Below the pieces are notes generated by a model, which was not told the origin of the DNA, ran no database searches, and saw only the letters and a program-made list of their open reading frames with translations. 43,651 nucleotides of DNA from an uncultured Francisellaceae bacterium. Lineage in GTDB: Bacteria; Pseudomonadota; Gammaproteobacteria; Francisellales; Francisellaceae. Numbering within the stretch: the stretch's first letter is position 1; the number at the start of each line of letters is the position of its first letter. The stretch is taken from positions 1 through 43,651 of the forward strand of contig CAZAJS010000001.1 of assembly GCA_964485635.1 (NCBI GenBank), read 5' to 3'. Positions 9,666 to 19,622 of this stretch are shown here, piece by piece. The position numbers were made by a program, and so were the translations under genes.

Positions 9666-10370
9666 ATGAAGCGTATCTTACTGAAAGTCAGTGGCGAGCT
9701 GCTTTCCTCTCAAGCCTCTATGATGGATGACCAACTTATTGATGATTTCATTCGTCAAGTTCGTCAAATTAAAAGTCAAGGAATTGGCGTTGGCATTGTC
9801 ATTGGTGGTGGCAACATTTTGCGAGGTGGTCGAAGTGGCTCTGATAAATTGCAACGTGCAACTGCTGACCGAATGGGAATGCTTGCAACGATGATGAATG
9901 CTTTAGCGCTGAATGATCTGTTTCAGGCGAAAGGGGTAGATGCGCTTGCATGCTCGGCTCGAGCGGTTGATAGTATGTTACCTAGCGTCTCAAGCACCTT
10001 AATTCAGCAAGCCATGGCCAATGGTCAAGTCATTATTTTTGCAGGTGGAACAGGAAATCCTTTTGTCACGACAGATAGTGCCGCGGCATTACGATCAATT
10101 GAAATGAGTGCTGACGCTTTATTTAAATTAACAACGGTTGATGGCGTTTATGACAAGGATCCAAATCAGCATGCAGATGCGCAAATGTATCAGCGTGTTA
10201 CCTTTACACAAGTGCTAGAAAAGCAACTGAATGTAATGGATTATGGTGCTTTTGTTCAATGTCGTGACTTTAATATACCAATATGTGTTTTTAATATGAA
10301 ACAACCTGGTGCCTTGCAGCAAGCAGTGTTGCAGGGTGATCGAGGAACATGGGTTGTCAAAGGGGAATAA
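9666..10370 (+). CDS. pyrH: UMP kinase
   Basis: [22 protein letters not shown] and [19 protein letters not shown] motifs. Confidence 0.95.
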   Translation: MKRILLKVSGELLSSQASMMDDQLIDDFIRQVRQIKSQGIGVGIVIGGGNILRGGRSGSDKLQRATADRMGMLATMMNALALNDLFQAKGVDALACSARAVDSMLPSVSSTLIQQAMANGQVIIFAGGTGNPFVTTDSAAALRSIEMSADALFKLTTVDGVYDKDPNQHADAQMYQRVTFTQVLEKQLNVMDYGAFVQCRDFNIPICVFNMKQPGALQQAVLQGDRGTWVVKGE

Positions 10371-10374
10371 AACA

Positions 10375-10932
10375 ATGTTAGAAATCATTCTAGATGATGC
10401 GAAGCAACGGATGCAAAAAGCAATTGAAAGTTTGCAAGACAGCTTTTCAAAAATTCGGACAGGTCGGGCCCATCCGAGCTTGCTTGACAATATTACAGTT
10501 GAATATTACGGAATGCCGACACCCTTAAATCAAGTGGCGAATGTCAATGTGCTAGATGCTAGAACATTGAACATTACCCCGTGGGAAAAGTCGATGTCAA
10601 GTAAAATTGAAAAAGCAATTTTAAGTTCTGATCTTGGGCTTAATCCTGCTAATTTAGGTGATTCATTAAAACTTCCTTTACCCCCATTAACGGAAGAACG
10701 CCGGAAAGATTTGACTAAGCTTGTCCGTTCAGAAGCAGAAAAAGCGCGTGTAGCAATTCGCAATATTCGTCGTGACGCTAATGCCGATATCAAAAAATTA
10801 GAAAAAAATAAAGAAATCTCTGAAGATGATGAAAAGCGGAGTCAACAAGATATCCAAAAATTGACAGATACGTTTATTGCAGAGGTTGATCAGCGTACTG
10901 AAGATAAAGAAAAAGATATCATGACTGTTTAG
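10375..10932 (+). CDS. frr: Ribosome recycling factor
   Basis: [32 protein letters not shown]. The track start at 10309 overlaps pyrH and adds non-homologous residues, so the ATG at 10375 is preferred. Confidence 0.94.
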   Translation: MLEIILDDAKQRMQKAIESLQDSFSKIRTGRAHPSLLDNITVEYYGMPTPLNQVANVNVLDARTLNITPWEKSMSSKIEKAILSSDLGLNPANLGDSLKLPLPPLTEERRKDLTKLVRSEAEKARVAIRNIRRDANADIKKLEKNKEISEDDEKRSQQDIQKLTDTFIAEVDQRTEDKEKDIMTV

Positions 10933-10955
10933 TGCGGAGAAACTGGTAAATTTTT

Positions 10956-11672
10956 ATGGCACATAAGCCAAATCATCTTGCCATCATTATGGATGGAAAT
11001 GGCCGTTGGGCTCAAAAAAAACTTTTTCCTCGCACACGAGGGCATCGTGCTGCTGTTAAAAGTGTTGAGTCTGTCATTGAGGCTTGCGTCAAATTCAATA
11101 TTCCTATTTTAAGTCTTTTTGCCTTTGGGCGTGATAATTGGCAACGTCCAAAATCTGAAATACAAACATTAATGCAGCTTTTTTCAGAAGTCTTGCACAA
11201 TCAAGTGCCTCAATTACAAAAAAATAATGTCCAGTTAAACGTTATTGGTGACCGGGCTCAATTAGATTCAGAAGTTTGTAAGCAGATTGATCAATCACAG
11301 CAGGCAACAAGCCAGAATGATGGTTTGATCTTAAATATTGCAATTGACTATAGTGGCCAATGGGATATTATGCAGGCGACAAAAACAATTGCGCAAAATG
11401 TTGAAAAAGGGCATGTCAGCTCTGATATGATCGATGAAGCAATGATTGAAAAGGCCTTGTCAGGTGCGATGAAAACGCCAATTGACTTATTAATTCGAAC
11501 AAGTGGTGAACAACGGATTAGTAATTTTGCTTTGTGGCAATTAGCGTATGCTGAATTATATTTTTGTCAAACCTTATGGCCGGATTTTCGCGTTTTGGAT
11601 TTAGAAAAAGCACTTGAGTTTTATGCAGCTAGGCAGCGTCGGTTTGGAAAAACGGCAGAGCAACTACAATGA
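10956..11672 (+). CDS. uppS: Undecaprenyl-diphosphate synthase
   Basis: HLAIIMDGNGRWA, LFAFGRDNWQRP and RTSGEQRISNF motifs. Confidence 0.94.
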   Translation: MAHKPNHLAIIMDGNGRWAQKKLFPRTRGHRAAVKSVESVIEACVKFNIPILSLFAFGRDNWQRPKSEIQTLMQLFSEVLHNQVPQLQKNNVQLNVIGDRAQLDSEVCKQIDQSQQATSQNDGLILNIAIDYSGQWDIMQATKTIAQNVEKGHVSSDMIDEAMIEKALSGAMKTPIDLLIRTSGEQRISNFALWQLAYAELYFCQTLWPDFRVLDLEKALEFYAARQRRFGKTAEQLQ

Positions 11673-11685
11673 GGAGTATTAAGTT

Positions 11686-12519
11686 GTGAAACAACGGATT
11701 ATAACAGGCATTATTTTAATTTTAATCGTGTTTTGGGCGATTTTCGCATTATCACCCAAAATCTTTCCTTTGGCACTTGGCATCTTAGTGTTAGGTTGTA
11801 GTTGGGAATGGTCACGATTTTTTAAAACTTGTTTATCTGGAAGTCAGCGCTTTTTATATATGGCCTCAATTCTTGTGGGGTTGCTACTTAGTCAGCAATT
11901 TGTTGGGATTAGTTTCTTGGCATCATTAGGGTTTTGGTTGCTAGTCATTGTGGGGATTTATCAAGCACAAAAACAAAACAAACCTATGGAGTTATCAGAC
12001 TTTGGCATTGGTCTGGCTGGATTTTTTGTACTTGTGCCTTTTTACAATGCAATCATGCAATTATGGCAAACCGCACCTTGGCTGATTATTGTTTTGCTTT
12101 TGATCACAGCATTTGCTGATACGGGGGCTTATTTTCTCGGGCGTGCCATCGGTAAAAAACCATTAGCGCCAACCATCAGCCCTAAAAAAACAGTTGAGGG
12201 GTTGATCGGCGGGATGATATCTGCCTCAGTCGGGGTATTAGCTTTATCATGGCTAATGGTTCCTTTAAGCTGGGCTCAATATATTGCCTTAGCCGTTGTT
12301 ACATTTTTCTTAGCGCTTTTATCTGTTATCGGTGATTTGTTTGAAAGTGTTTTAAAGCGACAACGTGGATTAAAAGATAGCGGCTATATTTTACCAGGCC
12401 ATGGCGGGCTGCTTGACCGACTTGATAGTGTCTTTGCTGTGGCGCCTGCGTTTACAATTTTTGGGATTTTGGCGCAAATTGTTGTTTTTGTTCCCAGTTT
12501 TTCTGCCTTATGTGTTTAA
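11686..12519 (+). CDS. cdsA: Phosphatidate cytidylyltransferase
   Basis: GTG start, polytopic, with signature SPKKTVEGLIGG..GDLFES..KRQ..KDSG.ILPGHGGLLDRLDS. Confidence 0.93.
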   Translation: MKQRIITGIILILIVFWAIFALSPKIFPLALGILVLGCSWEWSRFFKTCLSGSQRFLYMASILVGLLLSQQFVGISFLASLGFWLLVIVGIYQAQKQNKPMELSDFGIGLAGFFVLVPFYNAIMQLWQTAPWLIIVLLLITAFADTGAYFLGRAIGKKPLAPTISPKKTVEGLIGGMISASVGVLALSWLMVPLSWAQYIALAVVTFFLALLSVIGDLFESVLKRQRGLKDSGYILPGHGGLLDRLDSVFAVAPAFTIFGILAQIVVFVPSFSALCV

Positions 12520-12535
12520 AATAGGTTGATAATTC

Positions 12536-13690
12536 ATGCAGAAACGACAGTATGATCAGCAAAATTCTTCTTATAAGAACTTCTGGCGAATTAGCTTAGG
12601 TGTCATTTTTATTTTAATGATTAGTTGGTCATTTTTAATGACATTTCCTGCTGAAAGGGTTTACGAGTTTCAGCCAGTCAAAACTGGGGTGGTGCCTGAT
12701 CATGTCAGCGCACAGACAGTGAATTCATTTTCAGTGGCTCCTTATAATCATGCCTCAGCTATGGCAACACAAGGAGATTATTTATATTTGACATGGTACG
12801 CCGGTACTGCTGAGCATCAGTCAGATGTTGATATCATGTTGACAGTTGGTCATTGGAATCATCATGGGGGAATTGATTTTTCTAAACCTAAAGCTGTGAT
12901 GTCACAAAAAATACTGGAAAAAGCGCAAAATCGCATTCGGCATGCGCTTGGTAATCCTATTTTAGCGGCATCAAAAGATCGGTTATGGCTATTTTTTGTT
13001 AGCACAACAGGAGGGTGGGCGACCTCATCAATCAATAAAATGTACTCAGATGATCATGGAAAAACATGGTCAGATCCACAACCGGTGATCACAACAGCCA
13101 TGTTCAATTATAGCACTTTAACACGGGGGAACCCAGTTTCGTTAACGCACGGGCGTTTTGCTATTCCATTTTACAATGAGCTGTTAACAAAATCAGGGCG
13201 CTATATTGTATTTAATCATGAGGGTGATGTGGTTGATGTGAGGCGGATGAGTTGGAATGGCTTTACGTTGCAACCTGTCGTTGTTCCCATTAGTTCCCAT
13301 CAGGCCTGGGCATTTTTCCGTCGTTCAGGGAACCAAGCGCATCGAATGTATCAGTCTTATACCAATGATGGTGGGAAAACATGGCAGCCTGCAAAACCTA
13401 CCACGTTAAGAAACCCTGATAGTGGGTTGTCTGCTTTTTTGGCAAAAAAGACGATTGGTGTGATTTATAATAATGCTTATAATGACCGGCATAATTTAAC
13501 ACTTGCACTAGCTGATAGGCCTTATCAAGGGCAATGGAAAAATGTACTTAAAATGGAGTCGAGCCCAGATGAAAAGTTTTCATACCCATTTACAGTTTGG
13601 TTTAAGGGGCATTATTATGTCAGTTATTCAGCTGATACAAATGATAAGATTCAATTAGTAAAACTAGTTTCAGGTAAGGGGGCGGCATGA
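12536..13690 (+). CDS. Membrane-anchored BNR/Asp-box sialidase-fold protein; candidate Kdo hydrolase catalytic subunit (KdoH2-like)
   Basis: 384 aa with one N-terminal TM helix (FWRISLGVIFILMISWSFLMTF). Two canonical Asp boxes: SDDHGKTW (nt 13046-13069) and TNDGGKTW (nt 13361-13384). Confidence 0.55.
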   Translation: MQKRQYDQQNSSYKNFWRISLGVIFILMISWSFLMTFPAERVYEFQPVKTGVVPDHVSAQTVNSFSVAPYNHASAMATQGDYLYLTWYAGTAEHQSDVDIMLTVGHWNHHGGIDFSKPKAVMSQKILEKAQNRIRHALGNPILAASKDRLWLFFVSTTGGWATSSINKMYSDDHGKTWSDPQPVITTAMFNYSTLTRGNPVSLTHGRFAIPFYNELLTKSGRYIVFNHEGDVVDVRRMSWNGFTLQPVVVPISSHQAWAFFRRSGNQAHRMYQSYTNDGGKTWQPAKPTTLRNPDSGLSAFLAKKTIGVIYNNAYNDRHNLTLALADRPYQGQWKNVLKMESSPDEKFSYPFTVWFKGHYYVSYSADTNDKIQLVKLVSGKGAA

Positions 13691-14325
13691 GCATATATAG
13701 TTATTTTGCCCCGACATTGCTATTAGCTTTATTGGTCTTAAGTAGTTTGCGTTATTTTTTGCGCACACTACAAGCGCGTTTAATTCTTTTAGGGGTGGTT
13801 GTTATTGGTGCTAACTTGCCTATTTTTTCCGGCGATCATCTTGTTGCTATTTTAAATACATTTATTTACTTATTAAGTATCCCGTCTGTTGTATTGTTAT
13901 TTGTGTTGCTGATACGTCAACTATTTCCAGAATCAAGCGTAACGGCACAATTAAGAGCACAATATGCAGCAGCGCTTTGGGCAATGAGTCCAATTTTAGT
14001 TGGATTTTATGCTTTTTCATTCGATTGGACACCTTACTATTGGTATACCTACGGCTTTCAACCGGAATGGATTTTTTTAGGGGCTGGTCTCTATGCGTGG
14101 GTGTTGCTATGGTGCTCCTTGCAATTTGTCTTATTTAACCTTTTATTAGTGGCTTCATTTTTGGGTTATCTGGTTGGTTTTTTGGGGAATAATTTTTGGA
14201 ATTACTGGATTGATCCATTTTTGATCATTTTGTGTTTATGTCATTATGGTGCTTTAATTGTTCGAGCGGTGAGTCAATATGGACAATCCCTTATCAAAAA
14301 ACGAGCTGATATTCTGAGAAAATAA
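13687..14325 (+). CDS. Polytopic inner-membrane protein of unknown family; candidate KdoH1-like partner subunit
   Basis: 212 aa with about 6 hydrophobic helices. Its start overlaps the stop of the sialidase-fold gene (ATGA). Its 3' end overlaps the convergent radC by 32 nt. Confidence 0.45.
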   Translation: MSIYSYFAPTLLLALLVLSSLRYFLRTLQARLILLGVVVIGANLPIFSGDHLVAILNTFIYLLSIPSVVLLFVLLIRQLFPESSVTAQLRAQYAAALWAMSPILVGFYAFSFDWTPYYWYTYGFQPEWIFLGAGLYAWVLLWCSLQFVLFNLLLVASFLGYLVGFLGNNFWNYWIDPFLIILCLCHYGALIVRAVSQYGQSLIKKRADILRK

Positions 14326-14971
14326 AATGATCTTGTAGGCTAACGATAATATGATCTAGCAGTGTGATATTGATAATTTCTAAGTTGTTTTTTAACTGTT
14401 TGGTTGCCTCAATATCCGCTGTGCTAGGTTGTGCAATACCCGTCGGGTGATTATGGGCAATCATCATATATTTTGCATTATGTTTTAAGCCGTAATAGAA
14501 TAGATCGCGTTGATTAATCGTGAGTGCTTCTAAATCACCTTGGCTAATCAGTTCTGTTGCAATGATTTGTCGTTGTGTGCCGAGTAAAACAACAAAAAAA
14601 CATTCATTACGTTGTCCTGCGAGTTGGCTTTTAATAATAGGTAAAACATCACGGCTGTGGGTAATTTGCTGGGATTCTGACAATTGTTCGTGATAGTAGC
14701 GAAAAGCTAACGCTTGGACAGCGGTCAAGAGCGTATATTTAGCAACACCGATCCCATTTATTTTTTCAAATTGTTCTAAAGGTGCATTAAGGAGTTTGCC
14801 AAGTGAACCAAAATGATGTAAAATTTGATCAGCTAATTCAATGGCAGATTGTTGCTTTGTTCCTGTTCTTAGGAAAATGGCTAACAATTCAGCATCTGTA
14901 AGCGCATCAGGCCCTTGTTGGATTAATTTTTCACGTGGTCGTTGTGATGGTGGTAACTGGCTTAATTTCAT
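14294..14971 (-). CDS. radC: RadC-family JAB/MPN-domain protein
   Basis: MKLSQLPPSQRPREKL..LTDAELLAIFLRTG plus JAMM-like HNHPTG..PSTADI. The track start at 15079 would overlap dut; the ATG at 14971 (alternative 14986) matches the usual RadC N-terminus and length. Confidence 0.88.
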   Translation of the reverse strand: MKLSQLPPSQRPREKLIQQGPDALTDAELLAIFLRTGTKQQSAIELADQILHHFGSLGKLLNAPLEQFEKINGIGVAKYTLLTAVQALAFRYYHEQLSESQQITHSRDVLPIIKSQLAGQRNECFFVVLLGTQRQIIATELISQGDLEALTINQRDLFYYGLKHNAKYMMIAHNHPTGIAQPSTADIEATKQLKNNLEIINITLLDHIIVSLQDHFIFSEYQLVF

Positions 14972-15022
14972 GTTAGTCTGATCCATGTGAAAATCAAACA
15001 AATTTGAGTGATAGTATAAAAT

Positions 15023-15478
15023 ATGATGGAAAAAAAATCCATTGAAATTAAACGCCTTGTCCCAGAAATCATTGATCAAGTTCCGTCATATCAAACAGAT
15101 GGTGCGGCAGGTGTCGATTTACAAGCTTGTTTAGAGGCTCCGCTGATCATTGGTCCAAATGAAGCAGTACTTGTCGGTACGGGGATTGCAATTCATATTC
15201 AAGACAGGCAAATGGCAGGATTGATTTTACCTCGATCGGGCTTTGGCCATAAAAAAGGACTCATTTTAGGAAATGGGACAGGGCTAATTGATTCTGATTA
15301 CCAAGGAGAGCTAAAAGTTTCTTGTTGGAATCGAACCAATCAACCGGTCGAATTAATGCCTAAAACACGATTTGCACAATTAATCATTATTCCAATTATA
15401 CAGGCGCAGTTTATTGAAGTTTCAGCGTTTAATGAAACCTCAAAACGTTGTGAGCAAGGGTTTGGGCATACAGGTTAA
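15023..15478 (+). CDS. dut: dUTP diphosphatase
   Basis: MMEKKSIEIK..YQTDGAAGVDL, PRSG, IDSDYQGE, and C-terminal GFGHTG. Confidence 0.95.
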   Translation: MMEKKSIEIKRLVPEIIDQVPSYQTDGAAGVDLQACLEAPLIIGPNEAVLVGTGIAIHIQDRQMAGLILPRSGFGHKKGLILGNGTGLIDSDYQGELKVSCWNRTNQPVELMPKTRFAQLIIIPIIQAQFIEVSAFNETSKRCEQGFGHTG

Positions 15479-15499
15479 TCAAGAGGTGAGGATGAAAAT

Positions 15500-16063
15500 A
15501 TGAAATTAACGTTTGTGAATTTTTTAACACTATTGCGCATTGCAATTATTCCCGTTTTTGTGCTGACATTTTATATCCCCTTTGATCAGCACTATGTCGT
15601 TAGTGCTGTTTTGTTTTTAATTGCCGCGATTACTGACTGGTTAGATGGTTTTTTAGCACGGTATTGGGATCAAACATCATTGTTTGGCGCTTTTTTAGAT
15701 CCTGTTGCTGATAAATTGATGGTCGCGACAGCACTCGTTTTGCTGGTCAGTGCTTATCCCTATTGGTGGGTTTCGATTCCCGTAGTTATTGTTATTTGTC
15801 GAGAAATCACGGTTTCAGCATTGCGTGAATTAATGGCTGATCTAGGCAAGCGTGCTTCAGTTAAAGTATCGTATATTGGAAAAGTTAAAACAACTTTTCA
15901 AATGATTTCGATATTTTTATTACTGCTTTTGACAAAAAGCAGCTATACTTGGGGTATTAGTGTTGGCTTTGTATTATTATATGGTGCGGCAATATTAACT
16001 GTTTATTCAATGGTGTTATATTTGCAAGCGGCTTATTATGAGGTCAAAAGTCAAGAAAATTAA
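15500..16063 (+). CDS. pgsA: CDP-diacylglycerol--glycerol-3-phosphate 3-phosphatidyltransferase
   Basis: CDP-alcohol phosphatidyltransferase motif DWLDGFLAR..GAFLDPVADK; 4-5 TM helices. Confidence 0.92.
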   Translation: MKLTFVNFLTLLRIAIIPVFVLTFYIPFDQHYVVSAVLFLIAAITDWLDGFLARYWDQTSLFGAFLDPVADKLMVATALVLLVSAYPYWWVSIPVVIVICREITVSALRELMADLGKRASVKVSYIGKVKTTFQMISIFLLLLLTKSSYTWGISVGFVLLYGAAILTVYSMVLYLQAAYYEVKSQEN

Positions 16064-16095
16064 GGCGTCGTTTTGCAGTTTTTTTGCATAGGTGC

Positions 16096-16125
16096 TTGCG
16101 TGTTGCAATGATATTTGTATATAAT
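16096..16125 (+). promoter_or_regulatory. Candidate str-operon promoter (TTGCGT - 18 nt - TATAAT)
   Basis: The hexamers lie at 16096-16101 and 16120-16125, about 60 nt upstream of rpsL. Confidence 0.4.
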
Positions 16126-16183
16126 ATGACGTCATTTTGTTTATGTGATCATGATATTAAAGAAAAAAACAATGGAGTAAAGA

Positions 16184-16558
16184 ATGGCAACAGTAAATCA
16201 GTTAGTCCGCAAACCGCGGAAAAGTAAAGCCGTTAAATCAAATGTCCCGGCTTTAAAAGCGTGCCCACAGCGTCGTGGTGTATGTACGCGTGTTTATACA
16301 ACAACACCTAAGAAGCCAAACTCAGCGTTGCGGAAAGTTGCACGTGTTCGCTTAACAAGCGGCTACGAAGTAACAAGCTATATCGGTGGTGAAGGTCATA
16401 ATCTTCAAGAACATAGTGTTGTATTGATTCGTGGGGGGCGTGTTAAAGATTTACCAGGTGTGCGTTACCACACAGTTCGTGGTGCACTTGATACGGCCGG
16501 TGTTAACGATCGTAAACAAGGTCGTTCGAAATACGGAACCAAGCGTCCAAAATCATAA
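16184..16558 (+). CDS. rpsL: 30S ribosomal protein S12
   Basis: [43 protein letters not shown]. Confidence 0.98.
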   Translation: MATVNQLVRKPRKSKAVKSNVPALKACPQRRGVCTRVYTTTPKKPNSALRKVARVRLTSGYEVTSYIGGEGHNLQEHSVVLIRGGRVKDLPGVRYHTVRGALDTAGVNDRKQGRSKYGTKRPKS

Positions 16559-16562
16559 TTGA

Positions 16563-17057
<495 letters not shown>

Positions 17058-17100
17058 AAGGTAAATTAATTAGTAGTACAAGAAAAAAGGGGATATTGTA

Positions 17101-19197
17101 GTGGCTCGTTTAACTCCAATTGAGCGATATCGTAACATTGGGATTTGTGCCCATGTGGATGCCGGAAAAACAACGACGACAGAGCGTATTTTATTTTATA
17201 CAGGATTGACTCATAAAATGGGTGAAGTTCATGATGGTGCAGCCACAATGGACTGGATGTCACAAGAGCAAGAGCGTGGTATTACGATCACTTCTGCGGC
17301 AACAACGACTTTCTGGCAGGGGATGGATCAGCAATTTAAAAAGCATCGCATTAATATTATTGATACGCCTGGTCACGTTGATTTCACAGTTGAAGTTGAA
17401 CGTTCATTGCGTGTCCTTGATGGGGCGGTTGTTGTATTTTGTGGTTCATCAGGTGTTGAGCCTCAGTCTGAAACAGTTTGGCGTCAAGCAGATAAATATA
17501 GTGTTCCGCGTGTTGTCTTTGTTAATAAAATGGACCGAGCAGGCGCTGACTATGAGCGTGTTGTTGAACAAATTCGTACGCGACTAAAAGCGAATGTTGT
17601 CCCTGTCCAGCTAAATATTGGAACAGAAGACAATTTCCAAGGCGTGATTGACTTGGTTCGTATGAAGGCCATTTACTGGAATGACAAAGATGCCGGCTTA
17701 ACTTATGATGAAACTGAAGTGCCAAGTGAATTAATGGAGCGGGCCCAAGAATTACATCAGGAAGTCATTGAGGCGGCGGCAGAAGCTAATGAAGATTTCA
17801 TGGAAAAATACCTAGACGGTGGAATCCTAACGACTGAAGAAATTTATGAAGGGTTGCGCAAGCGTGTTTTAGATAATGAAATTGTATTGTCATTTTGCGG
17901 TTCTGCCTTTAAAAACAAAGGGGTGCAAGCCGTTCTTGATGGTGTTGTTCGTTATTTGCCAGCGCCAAATGAAGTTAAAGCCATTAAAGGTGAAACGCTT
18001 GATGGTCAAGAAACATCACGAGAGTCTTCGGATGAATCGCCATTTTCAGCGCTTGTGTTTAAATTAGCAAATGACCCTTATGTTGGTAACCTGGCATTTA
18101 TTCGTGTTTATTCAGGTAAGCTTAACTCAGGCGATTCAGTTTTGAACTCAGTCACTGGCAAAAAAGAGCGTATTGGTCGTATTGTACAAATGCACTCAAA
18201 CAAACGTGAAGAAGTTAAAGAAGTTTGTGCGGGTGACATTGCCGCTTGTATCGGTGTTAAAACGGTATCAACTGGTGATACGTTATGCTCACAAGAAAAT
18301 CCAGTTATCTTAGAGAGAATGGAATTTCCAGAGCCTGTTATCTCTGTTGCGGTTGAGCCGAAAAGTAAAGCGGACCAAGAAAAAATGTCAATGGCACTTG
18401 GGCGTCTTGCTGCTGAGGACCCATCATTCCGTGTAACAACCGATGAGGAAAGTGGTGAAACCATTATCTCAGGTATGGGTGAGTTGCATTTAGATATTAT
18501 TGTTGACCGTATGAAGCGCGAATTTAAGGTTGAAGCAAATGTCGGTAATCCTCAGGTGGCTTATCGTGAAGCAATTCGTGATACTATTGAGCAGGAAAGC
18601 AAGTTTGTGCGCCAATCTGGTGGTCGTGGTCAATATGGTCATGTCTTTGTCAAATTTGAGCCACTAGAGCGTGGTTCTGGTTTTGAGTTTGAAGACAAAA
18701 TTGTCGGTGGTGTTGTCCCTAAAGAATATATTAACTCTGTTGCTAAAGGGATTGAAGAGCAGCTTCAAAATGGTGTATTAGCTAATTATCCAGTGTTGGA
18801 TGTTAAAGCAACGCTGTATGATGGGTCTTACCATGATGTGGATTCAAGTGAAATGGCATTTAAAATTGCCGGGTCAATGGCTGTTAAAGAAGGGGTTCCA
18901 AGAGCTAACCCGTGTATCTTAGAGCCGATTATGAAAGTTGAAGCTGTTACACCAGAAGACTATATGGGTGATGTCATGGGTGACTTGAACCGTCGTCGCG
19001 GCATTATTGAAGGCATGGAAGAAACACCAGCTGGTAATGTTATCCGTGCAATGGTTCCGCTTGCTGAAATGTTTGGTTATGCAACCCAGATTCGTTCGAT
19101 GAGTCAAGGGCGTGCTTCATTTTCAATGCAATTTGAAGGGTATGGTGAAGTGCCAAACAGCATTGCAGAAGAAATTATTAAAAAGCGTAATTCATAA
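17101..19197 (+). CDS. fusA: Elongation factor G
   Basis: GTG start; [31 protein letters not shown]; 698 aa. Confidence 0.98.
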   Translation: MARLTPIERYRNIGICAHVDAGKTTTTERILFYTGLTHKMGEVHDGAATMDWMSQEQERGITITSAATTTFWQGMDQQFKKHRINIIDTPGHVDFTVEVERSLRVLDGAVVVFCGSSGVEPQSETVWRQADKYSVPRVVFVNKMDRAGADYERVVEQIRTRLKANVVPVQLNIGTEDNFQGVIDLVRMKAIYWNDKDAGLTYDETEVPSELMERAQELHQEVIEAAAEANEDFMEKYLDGGILTTEEIYEGLRKRVLDNEIVLSFCGSAFKNKGVQAVLDGVVRYLPAPNEVKAIKGETLDGQETSRESSDESPFSALVFKLANDPYVGNLAFIRVYSGKLNSGDSVLNSVTGKKERIGRIVQMHSNKREEVKEVCAGDIAACIGVKTVSTGDTLCSQENPVILERMEFPEPVISVAVEPKSKADQEKMSMALGRLAAEDPSFRVTTDEESGETIISGMGELHLDIIVDRMKREFKVEANVGNPQVAYREAIRDTIEQESKFVRQSGGRGQYGHVFVKFEPLERGSGFEFEDKIVGGVVPKEYINSVAKGIEEQLQNGVLANYPVLDVKATLYDGSYHDVDSSEMAFKIAGSMAVKEGVPRANPCILEPIMKVEAVTPEDYMGDVMGDLNRRRGIIEGMEETPAGNVIRAMVPLAEMFGYATQIRSMSQGRASFSMQFEGYGEVPNSIAEEIIKKRNS

Positions 19198-19210
19198 AAA
19201 GGGCTGAAAT

Positions 19211-19528
19211 ATGAGTGTAAATAATCAAAAAATCCGTATCCGGTTAAAGGCTTTTGATCATAAACTGATTGATAACTCAACGAAAGAAATCGTTGAAACG
19301 GCTAAAAAAACGGGTGCGCAAATCAAAGGGCCAATCCCTTTGCCTAGCAAAAAAGAGCGTTATACTGTTTTGATTTCACCGCATGTGAACAAAAAAGCGC
19401 GAGATCAATACGAAGTGCGTACGCACAAACGCTTAATTGATATTGTGCAGCCAACTGAAAAAACGGTTGATGCGCTAATGCGTTTAGATTTGGCAGCAGG
19501 TGTTGATGTTCAAATCAGTTTAAGCTAG
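19211..19528 (+). CDS. rpsJ: 30S ribosomal protein S10
   Basis: [16 protein letters not shown]. Starts 13 nt after the fusA stop. Confidence 0.98.
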   Translation: MSVNNQKIRIRLKAFDHKLIDNSTKEIVETAKKTGAQIKGPIPLPSKKERYTVLISPHVNKKARDQYEVRTHKRLIDIVQPTEKTVDALMRLDLAAGVDVQISLS

Positions 19529-19568
19529 AATAAGTTTTGTGCGATTGTCAATTTTAAGTGCACAATTC

Positions 19569-19598
19569 AGTTCTATGGTCAATTGTAATCATAGAATT
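19569..19598 (+). promoter_or_regulatory. Hairpin in the unusually long rpsJ-rplC spacer
   Basis: TTCTATG (19571-19577) pairs with CATAGAA (19590-19596), a perfect 7-bp stem extendable by G-U and A-U pairs, with a 12-nt loop. A second weaker hairpin is TTGTGC (19537-19542) with GCACAA (19560-19565). Confidence 0.35.
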
Positions 19599-19622
19599 TA
19601 ATAATAAATAAGAGGAAAAGCC

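Noticed and set aside
10309-10374. An upstream extension of frr overlapping the pyrH 3' end. Similar extensions occur for rplX (24729), rplB (21221), rplR (26934), htpG (34003), rpoA (31500), nfeD (3125) and the Stealth ORF (38007).
   Set aside because: In each case an internal ATG with a properly spaced Shine-Dalgarno reproduces the conserved family N-terminus. The extensions overlap upstream genes or RBSs.
14972-15079. A long N-terminal extension of radC (track start 15079) overlapping the dut start on the other strand.
   Set aside because: The extension (MINDFWDKAFNFNGFFFHHILYYHSNLFDFH..) is low-complexity and not RadC-like. The canonical RadC N-terminus begins at the ATG at 14971. The extension is an artefact of longest-ORF calling.
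16310-16450. rpsL streptomycin-resistance positions (K43, K88 equivalents).
   Set aside because: Both lysines are present ([18 protein letters not shown]), which is the wild-type state. Nothing to report.
19579-19586. Recurrence of TCAATTGT / GTCAATTG in three intergenic regions (19579, 35953, 39049) as a shared regulator site.
   Set aside because: An AT-rich 8-mer containing the CAATTG palindrome is expected by chance about once or more per 40 kb. Three copies are not enough evidence without a genome-wide count.
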